Positions 1 to 10,490 are shown, counted from the stretch's first letter. The stretch: 64,000 nucleotides of DNA from Fibrobacteria bacterium (GCA_043745805.1 JAYTSD010000043.1:105089-169088), one strand, 5' to 3'. Notes: generated by a model not told the origin, from the letters alone. Program-made: numbers and translations.

Positions 1-3
1 TTT

Positions 4-2112
4 ATGAATTCCAAGTTTCTTTTATTATTTACACTAGCCACATGCCTTATGAGCCTGGCCCATGGATCGGCAACGGTTGAGATGCCATCTCATATCGTTG
101 GATCCGTTGTGAACGTAAACGGAAAGCCGGTTTCGGGCATAGTGGTGCAACTCAAGAATAAGGGTATCACGGCCGTTACGGATGCTTCTGGAAATTACCA
201 GCTGAATATCTTTGACTCGGGAAATAAGATCGTCTCCGAGGATTTCTTCAATGTGGAAGGCCCAAGATTTGCCTTTCATGTGCTAACCCTGCATGCCCAT
301 GTCAAGATTACCGTTTTCGATTTCGCGGGTCATGAACTTGAACAGGTCCTCGATGAGAACTTGGCGCGCGGACTTTATGGACTCTCGCCCTTGGCGGGCT
401 TACGGCATTCATTGAAGGCAGGCATTTATGGCGTACGCTTAGAAATTGGTGAACGTTCCTATTACCATCGAATCCCGTATATTGGCAAAAAGCTCGGTCG
501 TATCGGTGTAAGATTCGTTCCCTTGTCTTTAGAAAGTATTGCGAAGGTGGCCGCTACGGAGGTTGATACCCTCGTGATTTTCAAACTCGGCTATCGCACC
601 GTTCGACAACCAGTCCTTTTGGAGGAAGATAGCCTTCCCGGTATGGTACTTATCCCAGATAGCCTGACCTCCTGGCGTAGCGATGATCGAGCCTATCTCA
701 AAGCTATTGACCCAAGCGTTACCATTACCCCTTTACTTACGGTAGGGGAAAGCGTCCCCCTAACAGGCAACCCGTTGCAGGCCTTTCGTATGGGCGGCTT
801 TCCCGCTGGATTGGGATTGACTCCCAGTGACAGTATGACCGCGCGCTTATTCATGTCTCATGACATCAACTCCAAAAATTTGTCCGATGCCTTCATCACC
901 GGCCCTGCTCGCCGCGGGGCTTATGTGTCGGAATACCTGTTGGACAAGGCGACGGGCCGAGTCCTTTCGGGACGGTACGCTTTCGAAAGCGCTTACAAGA
1001 TATCGGATATTAGCCCTACTCCTGGTTTCTTTAGCGGATTCGGTTCCGGTTTCCTAGCGGGAGCAGCCGAAGGAATATCTACTCCCTTTTACTTGACCTC
1101 CGAAGCCTCCACTGACTCACTCGCCTTTTCGCCATTGGGACCGCAGCCGGTGGCTATTGTGGGCGAGCGAGCGCAAATCCTGCCCGATTTTGGTAAGCTG
1201 TCTTTCAGCGATATCGTAGTAGTTCCTAACGAGGATTCCATGCGCACGGTGACCTTTTTATTAGGGAAAGGGCCAGCTAATGCCGGTCAGCTCTACCTTT
1301 ATGTAGGCCGTAAACTTCGCGATTTGAGAACGCCAGATCCAATTTATGAAAACGGCCTTGCCGGAGGGAAACTTTATGTTTTTGCTGCTCAGAGTAAGCA
1401 CGATGAGGCGGGATTTACTAGGGGAGCTTTGGAGGGGCATTGGGTAGATCCACTCAAGAACCGGCCCGATGCGCCTACCTCATTGACATCCATTTCCGCA
1501 GCTACTTTGCAGGCTTGGTGCGCTGTGAGCGCCGACGGCAAGGATAAAGCCTTCCGCTTCGATCATATTGAAAACGGAACCTACGATCCAAGTTCAAAGG
1601 GAGTCTTTTACTTTGCAACCGCAGGGGATCCCGGTGGGTCTCGCAATCGCTTCGGGCGTATATACAAATTGACCTACGACTCGGTGAATCCCGCGGATGG
1701 TTATGGACCTCGCTTGGAGATTCTTGCCTCGGGCGACCCTACCTCTGGATTTGCGAACCCAGGGGACATTCGTATAGGATCAACAAGAAAGATGATGATA
1801 TGCGAAAAACCCTTATTGGAATCGGCTCGGATTCCCGCCGTTTGGATGCTGGATTTGGAAACAAAAGGCCTCCGCAAGCTGGCCGAGATGGATCCGTATG
1901 CAGTGCCGATAGCATCAAGGCCAGATTCAAAAACGCAATGGGAAGCGACCGGAATAATCGATGCCTCGGCCCAGTTGGGTGCAGGCGAATGGCTTTTGAA
2001 TGTCCAAGCCCATAGTGTTGGAAGCGAGTCGGCAGCAGAGATGCAAGACTCGCCAAAGTCTACGAGACTTATTCAAGGCGGGCAATTGCTATTATTGCAT
2101 ACAGCGCCTTAA
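4..2112 (+). CDS. Secreted protein: carboxypeptidase-regulatory-like Ig domain + FlgD/T9SS-CTD-like domain + degenerate PhoX/DUF839-like beta-propeller
   Basis: Signal peptide; GSVVNVNGKPVSG...TDASGNY; VKITVFDFAGHEL...LKAGIYGVRL; C-terminal GQLYLYVG, NGLAGGKLYVF, WEATGIID, LLNVQAH, GGQLLLL motifs typical of PhoX-like proteins. Confidence 0.65.
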   Translation: MNSKFLLLFTLATCLMSLAHGSATVEMPSHIVGSVVNVNGKPVSGIVVQLKNKGITAVTDASGNYQLNIFDSGNKIVSEDFFNVEGPRFAFHVLTLHAHVKITVFDFAGHELEQVLDENLARGLYGLSPLAGLRHSLKAGIYGVRLEIGERSYYHRIPYIGKKLGRIGVRFVPLSLESIAKVAATEVDTLVIFKLGYRTVRQPVLLEEDSLPGMVLIPDSLTSWRSDDRAYLKAIDPSVTITPLLTVGESVPLTGNPLQAFRMGGFPAGLGLTPSDSMTARLFMSHDINSKNLSDAFITGPARRGAYVSEYLLDKATGRVLSGRYAFESAYKISDISPTPGFFSGFGSGFLAGAAEGISTPFYLTSEASTDSLAFSPLGPQPVAIVGERAQILPDFGKLSFSDIVVVPNEDSMRTVTFLLGKGPANAGQLYLYVGRKLRDLRTPDPIYENGLAGGKLYVFAAQSKHDEAGFTRGALEGHWVDPLKNRPDAPTSLTSISAATLQAWCAVSADGKDKAFRFDHIENGTYDPSSKGVFYFATAGDPGGSRNRFGRIYKLTYDSVNPADGYGPRLEILASGDPTSGFANPGDIRIGSTRKMMICEKPLLESARIPAVWMLDLETKGLRKLAEMDPYAVPIASRPDSKTQWEATGIIDASAQLGAGEWLLNVQAHSVGSESAAEMQDSPKSTRLIQGGQLLLLHTAP

Positions 2113-2321
2113 TCCTTCCTAGAGCATATCCAAAACAAAGCCTCATTTTTGATCCTCGCTATTGAGTGCAACATATTTCTTTCATAAAGATCGGGCACTG
2201 TGCAAGCCCTTTATTTTTTTCTGAATTCAAAATTAAATCCAGATGAAATATTGATCCTATAAATTTCAATCAGGAATTTTTAACCCCTGATCTTTTGGAT
2301 CGTATCAACTAAGGAAAAATA

Positions 2322-3524
2322 ATGAATCATTACGGAAACAATTTCAAACCAAAGTCGGCAGCTATAGTGTTGATCGCGGGCCTTGCCTGCTTTTCCACTC
2401 TTAAAGCTGGAGAAATAATAGACCCCATTACCGATGAATGCCAAGGTTGCCTATTTTCCTTTTCTACCGTCGGCGACTCCCGCCAAGATCCAATTGCTCC
2501 CGATTCCACTCTGATGCCCTTATCCGGTCAAGACTCAATATGGCTGCAAAACACAAAGGCATGGTTTCGGATTGAAAAATCTATCTCAGAGCAAAAATCG
2601 AAAATGCTGTTTTTCAATGGCGACATGATTATGGGCTATGGCAATGCCATAGTACCAGCTAACAATACCACCGTGGCAGGCATTGTTGGATCGGACCTGA
2701 TGGCGTTCTATAAGCAATATGCTTTTTGGCGCGGTATGGTTGCACCTTTGATGGAAACAGGAACCTACGTGATACCCGTAGCAGGAAATCATGAGACCCA
2801 ATGGAAGGCAGGCGGTAAAAAAGCCCAGGTCGCAAATGAAAACGCTTGGCGTGACAATATGGGAGATTTGATCTCCAACAATAGCAAGCTCAGGGAAATC
2901 CTAGGAGCTTCTGCCGTTACTTCCCCCGCCATCGGCGATGAAAGAAATGCCCTCGACTCTCTTACATCTGATCAAAGTAAACTAACCTATAGCTTTGATT
3001 ATATGGGATCGCATTTCGCAGTCATCAATACCGATCCGGTGGGAAAAGATGCCCATGCACCGACTCAATGGCTCACAGCTGATTTGTCTGCGGCCAAGGC
3101 CCGTGGCGCCAAACATATTTTTGTATTCGGCCACAAGCCAGCCTACACTTATTTTTATGGTTCTGTGATTCCGGCGCTTCCAGCATTGCCGCTGCCCGGT
3201 AAAGCCGCAGGATTAGACGTAGATATCGCCGCCCGCAATGCTTTTTGGGACGTGATCGAGTTTTTCGGCGCGACCTATTTTTGTGGACATGAACATGTCT
3301 TTAACATGATGCAACCCCGTGGCGGAGCTTGGCAAATCATGGTTGGCTCTGGCGGATCTCCTTTTGAAGCATCCCCTCATACGCCAACCATTAGCCCTAC
3401 TGATCGCGATTATGCTTGGGCTACGGTCAAAGTTGATTCTGCCGACCATGTCCAACTCAAAGCCTTTGGTTTCGACGACCATGGTGGACCAACAATGTTG
3501 TTACAAACCATCACGTTACCCTAA
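2322..3524 (+). CDS. Secreted calcineurin-like metallophosphoesterase
   Basis: Motifs GDSR, NGDMI, AGNHE, FGHKP, CGHEH; signal peptide; AAGGA RBS. Confidence 0.85.
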   Translation: MNHYGNNFKPKSAAIVLIAGLACFSTLKAGEIIDPITDECQGCLFSFSTVGDSRQDPIAPDSTLMPLSGQDSIWLQNTKAWFRIEKSISEQKSKMLFFNGDMIMGYGNAIVPANNTTVAGIVGSDLMAFYKQYAFWRGMVAPLMETGTYVIPVAGNHETQWKAGGKKAQVANENAWRDNMGDLISNNSKLREILGASAVTSPAIGDERNALDSLTSDQSKLTYSFDYMGSHFAVINTDPVGKDAHAPTQWLTADLSAAKARGAKHIFVFGHKPAYTYFYGSVIPALPALPLPGKAAGLDVDIAARNAFWDVIEFFGATYFCGHEHVFNMMQPRGGAWQIMVGSGGSPFEASPHTPTISPTDRDYAWATVKVDSADHVQLKAFGFDDHGGPTMLLQTITLP

Positions 3525-3540
3525 GCTATTATCAGCAAGC

Positions 3541-3575
3541 AGTTGTAGTTTCCATTCGCGAAGCTACAACTTTAA
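3541..3575. terminator. Hairpin between convergent genes, probable terminator
   Basis: agttgtagtt...agctacaact inverted repeat between stop codons at 3524 (+) and 3645 (-). Confidence 0.45.
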
Positions 3576-3644
3576 ATTTTTCGAGAGCTAATTTCCATTT
3601 CTAGAAATTTTAATAAATTTACTAAACAGCAAAGAAATTAAATA

Positions 3645-5027
3645 TTACAACGATTTCAAAAATCCCAACAAAGCCTGGCGGTCCTTTAATTTCAAAGCCT
3701 GAAAATCAATTCTCGATTTTGTCGCTTCACCACCATGCCAGAGTATAGCCTCGGTGAAGTTGTTGGCGCGGCCATCATGCAAAAACTGCGTATGCCCGTT
3801 CACTACTTCCGTTAAGCCAATACCCCAAAGTGGAGGGGTTCTCCATTCGTTGCCATTGGCCAGAAAGTCCGGACGATTATCCGACAAGGCATCGCCCATA
3901 TCATGCAAAAGCAAATCGGTATAGGGATTAATAATTTGTTGTGATAATTCGGGATGCTGATCGAAATTTCCAGTTTTTAATTCCTGAATATGACATTCAT
4001 TACATTGTAATTGGCGGAATATTTTTTCACCGGCTTGCACTTGGGCATCATTAACATTGCGTCGTGCGGGTACCGCCAAGGTACGTACATAGAATGTGAC
4101 GGCAGCTACCGTAACGCTGTCTACTTCAGGTATAACATTGCCGCAACCTTTTTGGCTTTGTCCAAAGCAGGTTTCCTGAGGAAAAATCCAAGAGGTGACG
4201 CCCATATCATTATTATAAGCCGCTGCACATTGCTGTAATAAATTAGGGGTATTGGATTTTAAGCCAAAGCGCCCTAAAGTTTTTTTTCCTGTTAATACAT
4301 TGATTACATAATTGGGTCGGCCCGATATACCATCATTATCCTTATCTGATTCATCCGCTAAAGCCACTATCGAGGCTTCGTCCAAGGCTTCCAAAAGTCC
4401 CAAACCAAAAACTGGAGGCGCAATGCGCGGAGAAAGCAAGGCAGGGGCACTTAAGGACATATAAAGATCATTTAATTGATAATTGGGTACCTTTAAGGTT
4501 ACCGTTTCCCCGTCGGCTAAATGTACCAAGCTATCATAATAGGTAATGATCACTTGTCCTTCGGGATTTTCTCCGAATATGGCGCGTGGTTGCAATTGGG
4601 TTCCATAATTATCCATGGTCAAAGGACCACCGTTAACATCAGTTCCCGCTTTACTAATACGGAAAAGCATCGAGCTTAAAAGTTCGCCCGCTTCGGGAGG
4701 ACGGCCGCGCCCATCCTTCGAATGGCAAGCAGAGCAAGAGGTATTATTAAATACCGGCCCTAAGCCGGCATTATTGGCTGCCGGAGCAGTTACGAATTTC
4801 GCTTCAAAGGCGGCATCGCCTGTGGCATGTTCATCCAGTTGAGAAGCAGAAAGATTAGGGGCTGGCGAAGAAAAAGCTTTGCTGCTAGCATCTCTTAAAG
4901 TTGTAGAGCCTCCTGGCAAATTAACCACGGTGTTATCCGAGTCATGGTCGGTGGTTTGACAGGCGGTTAAGAGTAAAAATGCACTTGCCATGGAAAGGGC
5001 AAAGAGTTTTTTATTTAAGAGAGGCAT
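3645..5027 (-). CDS. Di-heme oxidoreductase family (DHOR/DUF1111) lipoprotein
   Basis: Two CxxCH motifs (CSACH, CNECH); GLGPVFN, PYTDLLLHDMG, WRTPPLWG, LHDGRA motifs; lipobox LTAC. Confidence 0.9.
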   Translation of the reverse strand: MPLLNKKLFALSMASAFLLLTACQTTDHDSDNTVVNLPGGSTTLRDASSKAFSSPAPNLSASQLDEHATGDAAFEAKFVTAPAANNAGLGPVFNNTSCSACHSKDGRGRPPEAGELLSSMLFRISKAGTDVNGGPLTMDNYGTQLQPRAIFGENPEGQVIITYYDSLVHLADGETVTLKVPNYQLNDLYMSLSAPALLSPRIAPPVFGLGLLEALDEASIVALADESDKDNDGISGRPNYVINVLTGKKTLGRFGLKSNTPNLLQQCAAAYNNDMGVTSWIFPQETCFGQSQKGCGNVIPEVDSVTVAAVTFYVRTLAVPARRNVNDAQVQAGEKIFRQLQCNECHIQELKTGNFDQHPELSQQIINPYTDLLLHDMGDALSDNRPDFLANGNEWRTPPLWGIGLTEVVNGHTQFLHDGRANNFTEAILWHGGEATKSRIDFQALKLKDRQALLGFLKSL

Positions 5028-5065
5028 ACTAAAAAGCTTTCTGTATCAAGCAGGCGATAAAAGGA

Positions 5066-6169
5066 TTATTGTGTTATTAATGGTTTAATATCTTCTTCCA
5101 AAGTTTTTTGCATTTTTTGAATAGCGATTTGGGCAGTAGCAACTTTTTCTTTATTTTTAGCAATAGCATCGCCGAAGGTGGGGATCATTTCTCCAATAGC
5201 TGTAATAGCCGCTGCAATTTCATTTTCTAAACGAGTGGCTAAAGTGGGGTTAAGTGCTTTTACGAATTCACGAATACCTTTATTGGTGGTGCCAGCAGCA
5301 TATTTCCCTAAATACACATTTTGAATACTACGAATATTATCTTGAAAATCAGCATTAGAATTATCGCTGAATTGTGATTCTTCCAAGCTTCTATCTTCTG
5401 CTGTAAAAGGACCATTGATTTTACCATTGGCGACTTCATCACTAATGCCAATCATGCCATTCACTAATTCTTGCAAGGCGGCATTTTTACTAATATAAAC
5501 ACTACCTTCTAAACCAGCCTTTTTAAAATTAGCGATGTAATTTCCATCAGTAGGTGACCACGCTTGTATAAGCTGTTGTGTGGCCGCTTGGAAACTGGCG
5601 GTTACGGCGTTGAGGTATTCAAACTCACGCACAGTAAAAGATTCTAAGGTTTTCGTGTTACCCTGACCAAAGAGTAAATATTCAATAGTGTGAAATCCTT
5701 TTTGTGTGCCTTCTAAGTTATCTACGAAACTTTGATTGAGCGTATTACCACTGGTCAACACTCCCTCCAAATCTGCTTTATTCAGAGGCCAGCTATCAAT
5801 TGAAGGATCAATGCCTTTGCTTTCCACAGGTCCAAAAATAAAAGCTTCGCTTTGTTCCCAAGGGCGACGGGCATTACGCCAGGCTTGTTTGGCTGCCGCT
5901 AAATGATCCATCGTTTTATGGTCTTTAAAATTTTTAATAGCAAAAGCCAAGCTATCGGCTTTTTGTCCCAGATCAACATAAGTGCCATAAATCACCGTGG
6001 TGGATACGGCATCTAAAATCTCGCTAATCCCTTTCTCGCTAGAAAAAGAAATAGTCGGAGAGTCTTCATTACATCCCGCTTGCATGCCCGCCATACCTAG
6101 GGATAATAAACTTAAACCTATACAATAATGTTGGTGATGGTTTTTTATCTGACCTTTTTTAAATAACAT
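5066..6169 (-). CDS. Imelysin-family (IrpA-like) iron-regulated lipoprotein
   Basis: AWRNARRPWEQSEAF, IDSWP, KGFHTIEYLLF (GxHxxE), ESQFSDNS...DFQDNI motifs. Confidence 0.9.
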   Translation of the reverse strand: MLFKKGQIKNHHQHYCIGLSLLSLGMAGMQAGCNEDSPTISFSSEKGISEILDAVSTTVIYGTYVDLGQKADSLAFAIKNFKDHKTMDHLAAAKQAWRNARRPWEQSEAFIFGPVESKGIDPSIDSWPLNKADLEGVLTSGNTLNQSFVDNLEGTQKGFHTIEYLLFGQGNTKTLESFTVREFEYLNAVTASFQAATQQLIQAWSPTDGNYIANFKKAGLEGSVYISKNAALQELVNGMIGISDEVANGKINGPFTAEDRSLEESQFSDNSNADFQDNIRSIQNVYLGKYAAGTTNKGIREFVKALNPTLATRLENEIAAAITAIGEMIPTFGDAIAKNKEKVATAQIAIQKMQKTLEEDIKPLITQ

Positions 6170-6211
6170 ACTTTCTCCGATTTAATAAAAATTTTCTCGT
6201 CATTTCACGAT

Positions 6212-7489
6212 TTAAAACACTAAGCCTAGTCCCAAGGAATAAGTATTTTCTTGATTATTAGTGGCTAATCCTAACGTGCGATAGGAAAGTTGCCCTTTTA
6301 AAATGACTTGGGGATGGGGTTTATAATTTACCCCAGTGGTCCAGGTTTCTTTCCCCCAACGTGGATTGTTAAAATACTCTTCAGGCATTTCGCGCATGGT
6401 GTCGTATCTATCACAACGTGCAAAAATATCCAAGCTCTGTTTGGGAAATGTATTTTGTAATTCCATTTTCGTACGTAGTAATACAAAAACATCCACACCG
6501 ACTTCTGCAAACCAACCTAAGGCAGTTTTACCTACGGGTGTACGCTTAACCGCCAAGTTACTTGAGAGATTTTTATTAGCCAAAGAAACCGAGGCAGCAT
6601 TTTGTAAAATCCCATATAAAAGCAAAGCTCTTGCTTTAAAAGGCCCTTGTTTATAATCCGCATGCATATCTAATACGGTAACATACGCAGGAATTGGTAA
6701 ATCGGGCTTAGGCCGATTGCCGGCACTATTGCCATAATAGCCCGCAATGCCGAAAGTACTTTGGGGAAATAAATCACAATCTAAACGTCCTGCAAGGGCT
6801 AAGTTTTCCGCATTCACAGTTTCAAAACGCCCTTGATGTCCGCGTGATATCCATGTGGAAGAGCTGAAGCCCGTGGCGTCCAATCCATTAATCACTTGTA
6901 CTTGATAGAATAAAGCGCCAAGCTCTCCGAATATTTCAATGCCGGTTTCATGCCATAGCAAAGGGATGAGTTGACTTTCCATTTCCGATCTTTGCACCGT
7001 AAAATAATCTACAGGCTCATCTAGAGTATAAGCCCAACCTATGGGTAAAAAGAAATGTCCCAAGCGAATATTAAAATTTGGATGCAAAGAGAAAACTATA
7101 CAAAGTTCTTCGAGGGTAACTTCGCCGCCTTTTTCAACTTCGCTTTCATATTCGCCAAATTCTTCTAGCTTATCGAATTCCATGGTTGCGCCAGTGCCAC
7201 CATGTTCAAATTCTATTTCTGCTTCAAAGCGAATTTTATTAGTGAGTATATACGTGGGTTCAATTGCAAGTCTTTCCAAATCCATTTGCGCTCGGCGTGT
7301 AGGATCGGTTTGCCAATTAAAAGTTTGGTAGTTAATAGTTCCGTAACCATGTAAAAAGAATTGATTTTTGTTTGACGAATTAGGAGTGGGTTCAACAGCG
7401 TAAATACATAGGGTTAGAGGAAACAATAAATAATATAAAGTGAATATTAGTGTGAGATGACATTTTTCAAATAGCATTTCCTTCCTCAT
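6212..7489 (-). CDS. Outer-membrane beta-barrel/porin of the imelysin iron-uptake operon
   Basis: HGYGTINY, EIEFEHGG, W-H-E-T-G motifs; C-terminal aromatic residue (GLGLVF); context with imelysin and DHOR. Confidence 0.8.
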   Translation of the reverse strand: MRKEMLFEKCHLTLIFTLYYLLFPLTLCIYAVEPTPNSSNKNQFFLHGYGTINYQTFNWQTDPTRRAQMDLERLAIEPTYILTNKIRFEAEIEFEHGGTGATMEFDKLEEFGEYESEVEKGGEVTLEELCIVFSLHPNFNIRLGHFFLPIGWAYTLDEPVDYFTVQRSEMESQLIPLLWHETGIEIFGELGALFYQVQVINGLDATGFSSSTWISRGHQGRFETVNAENLALAGRLDCDLFPQSTFGIAGYYGNSAGNRPKPDLPIPAYVTVLDMHADYKQGPFKARALLLYGILQNAASVSLANKNLSSNLAVKRTPVGKTALGWFAEVGVDVFVLLRTKMELQNTFPKQSLDIFARCDRYDTMREMPEEYFNNPRWGKETWTTGVNYKPHPQVILKGQLSYRTLGLATNNQENTYSLGLGLVF

Positions 7490-7518
7490 CCTTGCTTTCC
7501 GGCTAAAATTAATCTAAT

Positions 7519-7537
7519 ATTAAGACTGAGTCTCAAT
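7519..7537. promoter_or_regulatory. Fur-box-like 19-bp (9-1-9) palindrome
   Basis: ATTAAGACT-G-AGTCTCAAT (one mismatch between arms), 30 bp upstream of the porin start of an iron-uptake operon. Confidence 0.65.
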
Positions 7538-8064
7538 CTTTTAAAAGGATAATAAGGATTGTAAGGCTCGGCAAGGAAATAAGGGATCCATTCCTAAACC
7601 TTTGTTCGCAATGTTTGCAAAAGTTGAGTTTCAGAGGGTTTATGGTAAAAAGCAAATGAATTCGTGAGTGATGAAGAGGCTAATGATACTCCTACTTCAA
7701 AAAATCCTTCGCATCCACAAACTACACCTCTCGAATTAGAAAAACAAAACAGGCTTATTGAAATACTTCAGAAATACAAAAAAATTTAATTCCGATTGAT
7801 TATTGTTAAACATTATGATTTACCCAGCTTTATTATAAGCACACTATAGAGATGTGCTGAACCTATAAATTCACTCATATTTAGAGTTATATATTAGGGT
7901 TTTATTTTAGAAGATTAGTTTTGATTTTATTTATTTTAGATTAGATCTGGGAATTTGAGTTTATTTATTTTATTTAATGGTTAGAAGTTTGCTCAATTTC
8001 TAGTTGTGCTTCTTTTGTTCTGCTATTTCCTATTGCCTTTGGATCAAATTTTAGGAGAGATACC

Positions 8065-10461
8065 ATGCCGATTCAACCTTCATACCCTGGTGTTTATGTT
8101 CAGGAAGTTTCCAGTGGAGTAAGGACAATAACAGGTGTCTCCACTTCGATTGCCGCTTTTTTTGGACGAACATTAAAAGGTCCCATTAATAAAGCCGTGC
8201 GATGCCTGAGCTATACTGATTTTTTGCGATACTTCGGCGGCGGCCATGCTCTGAGTGATACTGGGATTAGTGTTAAACAGTTCTTCGATAATGGGGGAAC
8301 GGATTGTTATGTAGTTCGGTTGGCTAAAAATCCAGCAGTGGCCAGTGTAACTTTAAAAAATGAAACAGCAGTTACGAAGAATGTCCTTATTGTTACTGCC
8401 AAGGCAGAGGGAACTTGGGGACAGCAAATAAAATTATTCACGGATTACAATACCACTAATCCAGATGATAGCTTCAACTTAACTGTTGTTCATGAAATTG
8501 ATGGGGCTGTTTTAGCTCAAGAAGTTCACAGTTTTCTTTCCATGAATCCAAATTCATCACGCTTTGCACCCATTTTTGTTTCGCAATCTTCAAAATTTGT
8601 CAATCTGGCCATTCATTCTGATTTAGGTGATCCTAATATTTCAGGGTCTATTATGAATTTAACCGCCAATACCCCCGCAGGTTATAGTCAAAGCCGCAGA
8701 GTGTTTACGGGAGTATCGGATAATGCGCTTAGGGATGCGGTCAAAACGGAGATTGAATCTAAAATTACTGCGGGTAAATCTAAGTTTGAAATCAATGTAA
8801 ATGGGATTAATGCTACCGTCGATCTCAAGGGAATCGAATTAAGGCCTGACTGGACTACTCCTGTTCCTAATGATGTAACGGGTTTGTTACCTTCGCTTGC
8901 TGCGCATATCAACCCGCAACTTCAGGCTGTGAATGCAAGTTTAGTTGTTGCGTTTAGCTGGGATACTTTGGCAACAAGAACTTTGGTATTAAGGGTAACA
9001 TCCGCTGTTGCGCCATTTTCCAATGTGTCCATTCGACGAAGTAACTCCAATGATATTAGTGCTGCTTTGATGTTGGGTGTAGAGCAAGGTGGTATTGAGG
9101 TTGCACGTTACAGTAATCTTCGTCCAATCCCCAATGGATCCTATTTTTGGGGAGGCGGTACGTATGGAAATTTTACCACTGAACTCGATAAATTCGCCGT
9201 GCTGGCTCAAAATGGAATAACGAGTATCACCCTTGGGACAAAGGTTATCCCTTTAAACCTTGTCACGGCCGGTACTTTGATTTACGAACAAGCCGCAGGC
9301 GCACTGGATGGGGTGCGAGAAAAACTACGACTCATTGTACAGGCCGTAAATGCGGATGTGAATTCCCCCTGTACCGCTGAGTTATGGGGATATCATCTCG
9401 TATTTAAGCGCAAGATGGGTAATATAAATGATACTGCTTCCATTACCACAAGTCCTGGGGCTAACTTTGGAAATGGATTTGTATCCAATGTAAAACAGTA
9501 TAGCCTAGGAGCTCTGGGAACGGGTGTTTATCAATCTGCGGGTACAGCGGGTAGTGATGGTATTGCTCCAGATAAAAATACTTATGTGGGTAGCCCTGTT
9601 GATCATACCGGTTTTTATGCCTTGGATAAAGTGGACCTTTTTAACCTAATGATAATTCCTGGAGATCGTGAAGTGCTCGCCTCACTCTATGCAGAATTGA
9701 TTGCGGAGGCCAGTAATTTTTGCCAGCAAAAACGCGCGTTTTTTCTGGCGGATGCTCCTGCAGATTGGACTCAAGGGGAAATCATGGCGGCGGATGCTAG
9801 CGCAGTTAACAATATTCGCATAGGTGTGGCAAAAACAAATTCGGCAATATTTTATCCGCGAGTACAATTTAGTGATGGTGGATTGCGTAAGTATATCGGC
9901 CCTTCCGGCATGATTGCAGGATTAATGGCCAGAACCGATTCTCAACGCGGAGTGTGGAAAGCACCTGCGGGCATTGATGCGGATTTGCGTGGTGTACTCG
10001 ATGTAGAATTAAACTTAACAGATAATGAAAATGGTGTGTTAAATAAATTAGGCGTGAACTGCCTGCGTAAATTTCCGAATGGAATTGTGAACTGGGGCGC
10101 ACGTACCTTGGATGGTTCAGATGATTTTGGTTCGGAATGGAAATATATTCCTATTCGTCGTCTCGCACTTTTCTTGGAAGAGTCACTTTTTCGCGGAACT
10201 AAATGGGTAGTATTTGAACCCAATGATGAACCCCTTTGGGCTAAGATTAGAATGAACTTAAATGCATTTATGAATAGTCTATTTAGACAGGGTGCATTTC
10301 AGGGAAGTACGCCTGATAAGGCCTTCTTCGTAAAATGCGATGGAGAAACGACCACAGCTAATGATCGCAACTTAGGTATTGTAAATATTCAGGTTGGCTT
10401 TGCACCAGTTAAGCCGGCGGAGTTCGTCATTATTAGCATACAACAAATCCCAGATGTCTAA
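8065..10461 (+). CDS. Contractile tail sheath protein (Afp2/3/4-like), enlarged
   Basis: YPGVYVQE N-terminus; QFFDNGG; RGVWKAPAG, LNKLGVNCLR, WGARTL, WKYIPIRR, VFEPND, APVKPAEF; AGGAG RBS. Confidence 0.96.
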   Translation: MPIQPSYPGVYVQEVSSGVRTITGVSTSIAAFFGRTLKGPINKAVRCLSYTDFLRYFGGGHALSDTGISVKQFFDNGGTDCYVVRLAKNPAVASVTLKNETAVTKNVLIVTAKAEGTWGQQIKLFTDYNTTNPDDSFNLTVVHEIDGAVLAQEVHSFLSMNPNSSRFAPIFVSQSSKFVNLAIHSDLGDPNISGSIMNLTANTPAGYSQSRRVFTGVSDNALRDAVKTEIESKITAGKSKFEINVNGINATVDLKGIELRPDWTTPVPNDVTGLLPSLAAHINPQLQAVNASLVVAFSWDTLATRTLVLRVTSAVAPFSNVSIRRSNSNDISAALMLGVEQGGIEVARYSNLRPIPNGSYFWGGGTYGNFTTELDKFAVLAQNGITSITLGTKVIPLNLVTAGTLIYEQAAGALDGVREKLRLIVQAVNADVNSPCTAELWGYHLVFKRKMGNINDTASITTSPGANFGNGFVSNVKQYSLGALGTGVYQSAGTAGSDGIAPDKNTYVGSPVDHTGFYALDKVDLFNLMIIPGDREVLASLYAELIAEASNFCQQKRAFFLADAPADWTQGEIMAADASAVNNIRIGVAKTNSAIFYPRVQFSDGGLRKYIGPSGMIAGLMARTDSQRGVWKAPAGIDADLRGVLDVELNLTDNENGVLNKLGVNCLRKFPNGIVNWGARTLDGSDDFGSEWKYIPIRRLALFLEESLFRGTKWVVFEPNDEPLWAKIRMNLNAFMNSLFRQGAFQGSTPDKAFFVKCDGETTTANDRNLGIVNIQVGFAPVKPAEFVIISIQQIPDV

Positions 10462-10490
10462 GCACTATTAAAGATCATTAGGAGATAAAA

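Noticed and set aside
2193-2220. GGGCACTGTGCAAGCCC + T-run as sigma-54 site or SOS box
   Set aside because: Poor -12 element and wrong half-site spacing; at most a weak terminator
7664-7789. 41-codon GTG ORF (VSDEEAND...LQKYKKI) upstream of the CIS
   Set aside because: No clear RBS or recognisable motif; may be a remnant or chance ORF
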